Assembly (NCBI GenBank): GCA_964016885.1
Contig: OZ024763.1
Coordinates: forward strand, 10,664,001-10,728,000
Length of the DNA: 64,000 bases
Direction of reading: 5' to 3'
DNA from: Eledone cirrhosa
Lineage: Eukaryota
The notes under the pieces were generated by a model. That model did not search any database. It saw nothing but the letters and a program-made list of their open reading frames with translations, and was not told the DNA's origin. Both the position numbers and the translations under genes were made by a program. Every line of letters starts with the position of its first letter. Position 1 is the first letter of the stretch. Positions 51,601 through 62,700 of this stretch are shown piece by piece.

Positions 51601-54600
51601 GAAAGGGTTAATGACATAGACAGTGTCTTTCCTTAGAAATATGGTAATGAAAGGGTTAATGACATAGACAGTGTCTTTCATTAGAAATATGATAATGAAA
51701 GGGTTAATGACATAGACAGTGTCTTTCATTAGAAATATGGTAATGAAAGGGTTAATGACATAGACAGTGTCTTTCATTAGAAATATGGTAATGAAAGGGT
51801 TAATGACATAGACAGTGTCTTTCATTAGAAATATGGTAGTGAAAGGGTTAATGACATAGACAGTGTCTTTCCTTAGAAATATGGTAATGAAAGGGTTAAT
51901 GACATAGACAGTGTCTTTCATTAGAAATATGATAATGAAAGGGTTAATGACATAGACAGTGTCTTTCATTAGAAATATGGTAATGAAAGGGTTAATGACA
52001 TAGACAGTGTCTTTCATTAGAAATATGGTAATGAAAGGGTTAATGACATAGACAGTGTCTTTCATTAGAAATATGGTAATGAAAGGGTTAATGACATAGA
52101 CAGTGTCTTTCATTAGAAATATGGTAATGAAAGGGTTAATGACATAGACAGTGTCTTTCATTAGAAATATGGTAATGAAAGGGTTAATGACATAGACAGT
52201 GTCTTTCATTAGAAATATGGTAGTGAAAGGGTTAATGACATAGACAGTGTCTTTCATTAGAAATATGGTAATGAAAGGGTTAATGACATAGACAGTGTCT
52301 TTCATTAGAAATATGGCAATGAAAGGGTTAATGACATAGACAGTGTCTTTCATTAGAAATATGGTAATGAAAGGGTTAATGACATAGACAGTGTCTTTCA
52401 TTAGAAATATGGTAGTGAAAGGGTTAATGACATAGACAGTGCCTTTCATTAGAAATATGGTAATGAAAGGGTTAATGACATAGACAGTGTCTTTCATTAG
52501 GAATATGGTAGTGAAAGGGTTAATGACATAGACAGTGTCTTTCATTAGAAATATAGTAGTGAAAGGGTTAATGACATAGACAGTGTCTCTCATTAGAAAT
52601 ATGGTAATGAAAGCTTCAATCCATTGATATTCAAAAACATACAGTCAAGAGGTGAAGAAAAATAAAAGTATAAGGGATATAACTCACAGCTGTTAAAATG
52701 AGATCTTTCATTCCAATAAGGGAACCAGTTTCAGCCAGAACATCTTCAGACATAAGGAAATCATGGACAGTGCTAGAAAAGAAAAGAAATAGAGGAAAAG
52801 AATATAGAAAGAAAAAAGATTGCATGACAGTGCTCTATCATAGCCAGTGCCTAGATAATTAAAACAGACTAAAACTACAATATTTCTGAGATAGTATATT
52901 GGAACTCAGTTCTGATGATGTGTGCTCCAGTTGTTTGAATGGAACAAACTGCTCAGGAAATTTATGTGCAAGTGGCTGAGCATTCCACAGACGTGTGTAC
53001 CTTTAACGTAGTCCTCAGGGAGATTCAGCATGTCACATTTGAATTAAAAATACAATTCATATTTTCCAAACAAATGGGACTGGAACAATATGAAATAAAG
53101 TGTCTTGTCCAAGGAGGAAATGTGTCCATGGTGGGACATGAAGGTTATACAATACGTCTTTAGACTAGTGTGAATATAATCAGCAGTGAATTGGCAGAAT
53201 TGTTACATCATCATCGTTTAACGTCTACATTCCACGCTAGCATGGCTTTAGACGGGAATTGTCTCATTTGAGGCAAGATTGATAGGACTATCTGGCAGGT
53301 TTTCTACGGCTGGATGCCCTTCCTAACACCAACCATATTTACAGTGTGGACAGGGAGCCTTTTTACCGTGTCTCCTACATGACCACATTACAGTGGGGAC
53401 AGGGAGCCTTTTTACCGTGTCTCCTACATGACCACATTACAGTGGGGACAGGGAGCCTTTTTACCGTGTCTCCTACATGATTTTACAGTGTTGACTGGGT
53501 GCTTTTTGTCGTGACACTTACATGACCACTTTACAGTGTTGACTGGGTGCTTTTTGTCGTGACACTTACATGACCACTTTACAGTGTGGACTGGGTGCTT
53601 TTTGTCGTGACACTTACACGACCACTTTAGTATGGACTGGATGTTCTGTGGTACCAACATAACTTTACAGAGAAAGGGTGGTGTGGGTGGAATGGGAGGA
53701 TGGAGTAGTAGGGTGGGGTGCATATTTGGTTAAGAGGTGCCTACTGACTGTAGGTTATCTTTGTACGTAGGGAAGGCAGGTCTTCCGTATTACTGCATAG
53801 CTCCAAAGGTCTCGATCCAAACGTCGGAGATAATGCTTTGTGGCATTTGCTCTCTACACTCTGAGTTCAAATCCTACAGTATCTCTCTTTGCTTGTCATC
53901 CACAGTTCAAATCCTACAGTATCTCTCTTTGCTTGTCATCCACAGTTCAAATCCTACAGTATCTCTCTTTGCTTGTCATCCACAGTTCAAATCCTACAGT
54001 ATCTCTCTTTCCCTGTCATCCACAGTTCAAATCCTACAGTATCTCTCTTTGCTTGTCATCCACAGTTCAAATCTTACAGTATCTCTCTTTCCCTGTCATC
54101 CACAGTTCAAATCCTACAGTATCTCTCTTTGCCTGTCATCCACAGTTCAAATCCTACAGTATCTCTCTTTGCTTGTCATCCACAGTTCAAATCCTACAGT
54201 ATCTCTCTTTGCTTGTCATCCACAGTTCAAATCCTACAGTATCTCTCTTTCCCTGCCATCCACAGTTCAAATCCTACAGTATCTCTCTTTACCTGTCATC
54301 CACAGTTCAAATCCTACAGTAGCTCTCTTTCCCTGTCATCCACAGTTCAAATCCTACAGTAGCTCTCTTTCCCTGTCATCCACAGTTCAAATCCTACAGT
54401 ATCTCTCTTTCCCTGTCTTCCACAGTTCAAATCCTACAGTATCTCTCTTTACCTGTCATCCACAGTTCAAATCCTACAGTAGCTCTCTTTCCCTGTCATC
54501 CACAGTTCAAATCCTACAGTATCTCTCTTTACCTGTCATCCACAGTTCAAATCCTACAGTATCTCTCTTTCCCTGTCTTCCACAGTTCAAATCCTACAGT

Positions 54601-56694
54601 ATCTCTCTTTACCTGTCATCCACAGTTCAAATCCTACAGTAGCTCTCTTTCCCTGTCATCCACAGTTCAAATCCTACAGTATCTCTCTTTACCTGTCATC
54701 CACAGTTCAAATCCTACAGTATCTCTCTTTACCTGTCATCCACAGTTCAAATCCTACAGTATCTCTCTTTACCTGTCATCCACAGTTCAAATCCTACAGT
54801 ATCTCTCTTTCCCTGTCTTCCACAGTTCAAATCCTACAGTATCTCTCTTTACCTGTCATCCACAGTTCAAATCCTACAGTAGCTCTCTTTCCCTGTCATC
54901 CACAGTTCAAATCCTACAGTAGCTCTCTTTCCCTGTCATCCACAGTTCAAATCCTACAGTATCTCTCTTTACCTGTCATCCACAGTTCAAATCCTACAGT
55001 ATCTCTCTTTACCTGTCATCCACAGTTCAAATTCTACAGTATCTCTCTTTGCCTGTCATCCTCTCAAGATCGATAACTAAAGTACCAGTCTAGTACTAGG
55101 ATTGATTCTTTCTCTATATCTCTTTCTCCCTCCCGTGTTAAGAACTGTAGAATGATAGGTACTGCCAGGTGTAAATGTCTTGACAACATCCCTATGACTC
55201 AACTGAGGAGGTTATAGAATGTGCGACAAAAGAACTTTATCAAATGCTGTGTGCAGGAGATGAGGTTACGTTGGTATGGACATGTGATGTGTATGAAGGA
55301 AGACAGCTGCATAAGAATGTGCAGAGCACTAGAAGTCGATGGTAACCGCGGAGTGGAGAGACCCAAGAAGACCTGGGATGAGGTGATAAAGGCCGACCTT
55401 ACCCAATTGCACCTCTGAAAGGCAATGACACATGACCGTGACCTCTGGCATTACACAGTAATACAGAAGACCCCCCTCCCCCCACAGGAACAAGCCGAAG
55501 CTGAAGCATATAGACAATATGCCCTCATCCTCTCGCACTGTAAAGTGGACGTGTAGGCGCCACAGTAAAAAGCACCCAGCCCTCACTGTAAAGTGGACAT
55601 GTAGGCGCCACGGAAAAAAAGCACCCAGCACTGTAAATGAGGTTGGTGTTAGGAAGGGCGTCCAGCTGTAGAAATCAAGCCAAAATCAGTTTCTGTATGA
55701 GCAAGACAAGGTCAGCCGACTGAACACTGCCCACAACAGGACAACCCGTCTAACACATGCTAGCATGGAGGAACAGACGTAATACAGTGATGATGATGAT
55801 GAACGAACTGATAATTAATAATAAAACCAAAGTGAAAATCAAATAATGTGGTTTTTTTTACTGGCAACATGACTATCCACAAATATAACTATACCCACCC
55901 AGAAAAGCTTATAACTAAGATGTTTGCCTGCGATTAGTCTTGCAGAGACCCCTCTCCATCTCACCTCTTGCACACATCACACATCCACATGCCTTCTCTC
56001 CAGCATCTCTGCAATCTCACCAGATCTACCTGTTAGAGTGTGACAACTCTGAGATGCGATGTCTTGTTCTTTCTCCTGTTGTGCAATTGCTTGATGACGG
56101 TCGGGGGGGGTTTCTCGCACATGGCCGCACCAGCCACCCCACTACCGTGCGCAGCCCTAACATGGTTAGTGTTATTGCTGTTGATGCAGTTGTTGCAAAT
56201 TTAATTCGTTGCGTTCATAATATACTGGTTGGATGCCCTTCCTAAAACCAGCACCACTTTACAGCATGTGTGTGTGTGTATCTGTGTGTGTATATATATA
56301 TATATAGAGGCACATGGCTTAGTGGTTAGAGCATTGGCCTTGCAATCGAAAGGTTGTGAGTTCAATTCTCAGACCGGGTGATGTGTTGTTTCCTTGAGCA
56401 AGACACTTTATTTCACATTGTTCCAGTTTACTCAGCTGTAGAAATGAGATGATAGGGACTGGGGTCCCTATCATTCCACTGCAAAGTGGTCGTGGAGGTG
56501 CCACGGAAAAAAAGCACCCAACCCACACTGTAAAGTGGTCGTGTAGGTGCCACGGCAAAAAAGCACCCAGCACTCACTCTAAATGAGGTTGGTGTTAGGA
56601 AGGGCATCCAGCTGTAGAAATCAACCCAGAATCAGTTCCCGTCCCACCCTTGCAAGCAGAGAAAAAGCGGACGTAAAATGAAATGATGATGATG

Positions 56695-56730
<36 letters not shown>

Positions 56731-59700
56731 ATATATTTACACATATACTTGTGTTATAGAATATTTACTAATGTTGTACTTACCAGATTCCCTCTTCAAA
56801 CATCAATGGATATGAGAATCTTAAGAAGGCCTTGATATATCTGCTGGCAATTAATTTACCTGGAAAGGTAAATGATTTTAGTATAAGAAATAGAAAGTAA
56901 TAGATTCCACCCATAATATATTTTAAATTTATACATATATATAATTTAGCACGTGGTGATTGAAAATTTAAAATAGAAGCTTTCGTTGTATTTTGGCTTC
57001 TTCTAACAAGGCATATAAGCCCCCATAACGGTTCACAATGGACGCAAGCAGATGTGGGAATCAAACCCACAGCTCTTATTATCTGGATAAGTGTGCTATA
57101 GCAACTAAACATACTGCAACAGTAATTTCAGAAAAGCAACCAGCCACCTGATCACTTACAGATCAGGCTGATCTCCTACACAAGCCAGATTGACTTGTCA
57201 CTTGTTAGTAGGATAGACAGATAGTTATGAATGTTAGGTCCTTCCCTGGAGAAGAATGCACTGCCCAATATAGGTTAGTTACATCAGAATAAGTAAAAGA
57301 CAGACACAAGAAAATCTGGACGCTAAAGGACTTTTCTGTTAAGGTTCAAGAAAACTCTTCATCAGTGGTTCCTAACCTTTTGTCCAGCATGCCTCACCCC
57401 AACATCTCAAAAATTGTTATGTCCCCTCCCCTTTGATATGAAACCAACAATGATCAACTGCAATGTGTAAGCAAATTGGCATTTAGGTGTTGCCTGATGC
57501 ACAATAACATGTGTAGAAGTGGTGAAACAGGAGTGTCACTCGGTAGGCACCTCTTAATCCATATACATCCTACACTTCCCTTCCACACCACCCTTACTCT
57601 GTAAAGTTATGTTGGTACTACAAAACAACCAAACCACACTGTAAAGTGGTCGTGTAGGAGACACGGTAAAAAGCACCCAGTACTCACTGTAAATGTGGTT
57701 GGCGTAAGGAAGGGCATCCAGCTGTAGAAAACCAACCAGAAACAGTCCTATGTGAGCGAGACATGTTCACCCAACCCAATTTGCCTCAAATGGGTCAAAC
57801 CTGTCTAACCCATGCTAGCGTGGAAGATAGATGTTAAACGATGATGATGAATGTGTACCAAAGTTGCCTTGGTGTAAAAGTAATAAGGTAAAACCTGAAG
57901 TTTGTTCTCATTAACGTCATTTCCAAATTGCCGTCCTTAACTATTCAAATTGCCTTCTGTGGGGCGTGTACCCCACGTTGGGATTCCCTGCTCTACATGA
58001 TTCATGAAGGATATGGTGTGAGGGGGGACAAGTTAGATATATTTATATATAATATAAAAGAGAGATATTTATTGGTTGGTTGAATCACACGAAAACTACA
58101 CACACACAGACACACTCACAAATACAAACACACCTAAAGAGAGGGACACAGAGGGAGAGGCAGAGACAGAGAGAGATACAATTAAAGTGTTAGATATTCA
58201 GAGAGAGAGAGAGAGTAACGTCCCACAAAAGTCTAGAAACAGCTTAAACTAGAGATCCTTTGATCTATAGGAAGGTTTAACAATATTGCGTTAGCTTTTA
58301 TGAAGTCGTTTTACACTCTTTGATTTTACAGAACAAAGAAAAACTGATACTATTTGAAATTAATCTACCCTCCAGCTTTTATCCATATACTGCTTACAGA
58401 CCGTACTAACGAAGTAACACTTCGGAAGCAATGTTATGCGGTATATTGCTGTGTTTCAGATGAGGTCCTTTGGAGCTGAATAAGATCATACTGACTATGG
58501 TTATTTCACATTTAAAATCCAAGGCCAATGCTACCATTTAATCAACAGTTTACTCCCCCAACCTAATAAGGAAGTTTTATGATTGTTTTTTTTTATGTCT
58601 CTCTGTTCTCCCGGGCGAAGCCAGATACCACAGCTAGTATGACATAAAGGACAATTGGAAATTCTTACATGACAACCTATTGTGAACCACTAATGAGGTG
58701 ACATTATGGTGGAACAGTGCAGTGAATAGAGCCATTAAAGCCAAGAGACAGACATGGAAAGACAGGGAAAATGGAGGCAGCAGAGACTGGTACCAGGTAT
58801 TTAAGAGAGAAGCTAGACAACAGGTATACATAGCTCAGAAAGAGCTTATTTTTGGCCCTCAGTAGGTTGTCTCGTAAGAGTTCCCAGTTGCCTTCTGTTA
58901 TAAGTTTATAACTCTCATCCTCCATGTCAAGTACTTCCTCCAGGATCTCTCTAAACCTCTGGCTGCTTCAAGGCTCTTTTAAAGATTCCATATTTTTCTT
59001 CTCAAGACCATATTAGGTTTCTGTGTGTGTCTAACTTGTACTCCAAAGTCACTAACAATTAACCTAGTTGGGAGGGACATTCTTCCCTAGGGAAAGTTTT
59101 AATAATTACAACCATTTGTTTATCATGTTTTCCAGGGAGAATAAAGTCAATCTGACTTGTGTGTTCACATGATTGATAGATGATCATATGGTTGGCTGGT
59201 TTCCTGAAGTTTGTATTAGATTGTCACATAGAACTCCAGAAGTGTTGACTCCTCTTCATTTCTCACTCCAAAACCATAGGTTCCACATACACTATGGAAT
59301 CCTAGCTGCTGTCATCCAACATGTCCATGAAAGTCCCCAGCCAATATGATGATATCGATGTCATGTCTTTGAGGTTGTTTGTAGAACCTCACAGGAGTGC
59401 TCCTTCTCTATATCTACAGTTGCAGTTTATGTTACATTTACAGAAATATATCACACCAATTGTATTAACCAGAACTAGCCTAACTTTAATTAACCTACCA
59501 TAAACTACTTCAATTACCAGATCTACCCATTTCTCAGTGAATAGTACCACTACCTCTATGTTCTTTGCCTGAAGCACTCCTCCACATAACCACTTCTACA
59601 CAGTATATATCCAAACATCTCTTAACCCTTTACCATTTATATTACTCTATATATACTATTGTATTTTCACGGTAAACACTTTATCTCACATATCGAATGT

Positions 59701-62700
59701 ATCAGATTTTGATATTATTTATTTTGAGAACAATACCTTAACATAAGTATGAGCAGACAATTATGGCCAGTTTGAACAGATAGAGGTGAGAGAATTTTGG
59801 CCGGATATGGCCAGTTTAAATTTCTCCAAACCAACCTTTCATTATGCTGACATTGTTGCATTTCTGAAGTTAAGGACCTGATGTAGAAAAGAGGACTAAC
59901 TAGGGAGGCCTGTCATATGTCTTCTGTACCTGAAAGGGAGAGAGTCCATGCCTCTTACTTATGGTCAGCTGACTGATACTGACATCATCAAACCATTTAT
60001 AGCCCAGGTCAAGGAGCATGAGGGGCACTACAGATGGGATAGCAGAAAAAGAAGTGAGGATCTAGTCAAGGGAGCTAATGAAGGGGTGTACCAAGTTCAG
60101 GAGAGATGTGGGTGATGTCATTGAATATATTTAACTATAAACTAATAATTAACTACAATTAGTGTGTAGATCTTCTTTACCATCCTTATTCCTGGGAGGG
60201 TCATGAGAGCAGGGTCCTCAAACACTCCTTCCAGTGGGTCCTGTCAGAAGCAACCATCTCCAAATGATCCAGCCGGATTCCTAAGCAGCACCAGCTGAGC
60301 TCATGAATTTATCCAACCATCTTGTTCGGGGTCCATCCCTGGGTCTCCTGCTGGTTGGTTTTGCCCATAAAATATGTCCAATGATTCTTTCCTGAGACAT
60401 TCTAACCACATGTCTGTAATATCGGAGCTGTAATCTCTCAATTAGGACAAGTAACAGTTTTGTGCAATGTCAATGTGCGTGAACGACCCAGCATGGATGC
60501 GTTGAGAGAGAAACTGTGTGTAGGAGAGAAGACTGCAGTAGTATGGACATGTGATGCACATGGAGGATGACCGCTGGGTAAAGAAGTGCCAAGAAATCCC
60601 AGTAGAAGGAAGACGCAGTAGAGGAAGACCATGAAAATCATGGGTGGATGTGGTGAGAGCTAACCTCAGATCGCTAAAACTCACGGAGGAGATGACGAAG
60701 GACCATGACAAATGGAGAGATGCTGTGCTGAATAGGACCCGTCCCACCCTTGCAAGCAGGGAAAAGCGGATGTAAAATGATGATGATGATGATGATGATG
60801 ACAAAATAAATGTTTCAGTGTCGTTTTCCCTGCTACACAAGAATGATATTACATTCTGTAATGACTTAGCAGAAAATATCTAAATATGGGTTTATTAACT
60901 GAAATATTTACATTACCTTTACTAGTGGACAGATTGTTGTAAAACTTTGCAGTATTAGGGTAGAGACTTTCATTTTTAATACACTTTAAGTGGGAGTCAA
61001 CGTCTGTGGGGGGTCTGAGATGCTGTTGTGGTAGGTCCCTTGACTCCACAGGTCTACATGGTTTATCCTGCTGCCTGAATGCTGGTCACACCGAGCTAAA
61101 CCTGATCATCAAACGGGCCCCGGATCGGGTAAATATCTCCACAGTTCTGGAGCCGGCTGGTTTATCCAGAAGTGATGTGAAGAGACCAGACGGTCTTACC
61201 CCTTGTCTGTGGATGAGAGGTAGATGTCTCATCTGGGACGTCACACTCAGTGACTCTTTTGCTCCCTCCCATATCATGGACGCTACAGTGAATGTGGGGG
61301 TCACTGCTTCTGCTGCCGAATGGAATAACATTCAGAAATAGCTGAACTTATCAAATAATAATTTTTTTCCAGCCTGTAGTGTTCGAGATGTTTGGTGGAG
61401 TTGGGCAGCTGGCAGCGACTTGTCTTCAATGGCAGCTCACCTTACCGAGGTGTCAGGGGATGTCTGTGAGGGTGCCAGCTTATTTCAGTCCCTTAGCCTC
61501 GCCATCACCTCACCTTACCGAGGTGTCAGGGGATGTCTATGAGGGTGCCAGGTTATTTCAGCCCCTTAGCCTCGCCATCACCTCACCTTATCAAGGTGTC
61601 AGGGGATGTCTGTGAGGGTGCCAGGTTATTTCAGCCCCTTAGCCTCGCCATCACCTCACCTTACCGAGGTGTCAGGGGATGTCTATGAGGGTGCCAGGTT
61701 ATTTCAGCCCCTTAGCCTCGTCATCATCTCACCCTACCGAGGTGTCAGGAGATGTCTAGTGAGGGTGCCAGGTTATATCAGTCCCTTAACCTCGCCATCA
61801 CCTCACCTTACCGAGGTGTCAGGGGATGTCTAGTGAGGGTGCCAGGTTATATCAGTCCCTTAACCTCGCCATCACCTCACCTTACTAAGGTGTCAGGGGA
61901 TGTCTAGTGAGGGTGCCAGGTTATATCAGTCCCTTAGCCTCGCCATCACCTCACCTTACCGAGGTGTCAGGGGATGTCTAGTGAGGGTGCCAGGTTATTT
62001 CAGCCCCTTAGCCTCGCCATCACCTCACCTTACTAAGGTGTCAGGGGATGTCTAGTGAGGGTGCCAGGTTATATCAGTCCCTTAGCCTCGCCATCACCTC
62101 ACCTTACCGAGATGTCAGGGGATGTCTGTGAGGGTGCCAGGTTATTTCAGCCCCTTAGCCCCGCCATCACCGTAATACTGCAAGCGTATTGGCTTGCCTC
62201 AAAGTATTGAGTTAACCCCTAAGATGTGAGGTGCAGCTGACTATTGCACTTAATGCTGAATCACCCCCCCCCCCCACACTTTTTTATCATCATCATCATC
62301 ATCACCGTTTTACGTCCGTTCTTCCACGCTAGCATGGGTTAGACAGGTTGTCCTGTTGTGAGCAGTGTCTGCTCGGCTGATCTTGTCTTGCTCATACGGA
62401 AACTGATTTTGGCTTGATTTCTACAGCTGGATGCCCTTCCTAACACAAACCTCATTTACAGTGAGTGCTGGGTGCATTTTTGCCGTGGCACCTACACGTC
62501 CACTTTACAGTGGAATGATAGGGACCCCAGTCCCTATCATCTCATTTCTACAGCTGAGTAAACTGGAGCAATGTGAAATAAAGTGTCTTGCTCAAGGAAA
62601 CAACACATCACCTGGTCTGAGAATTGAACTCACAACCTTTCGATTGCAAGGCCAATGCTCTAACCACTAAGCCATGTTCTCTCTTTTATGTGTTTATATT

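Noticed and set aside
51340-52593. 417-aa hydrophobic repeat ORF (also 53737..54642, 49454..50365, 9276..9773)
   Set aside because: Translations of tandem arrays whose units happen to lack stops.
22973-52687. Near-equal intron lengths (11227 vs 11231; 4039 vs 4011)
   Set aside because: Intron contents are unrelated mosaics; no duplication is visible, so this is coincidence.
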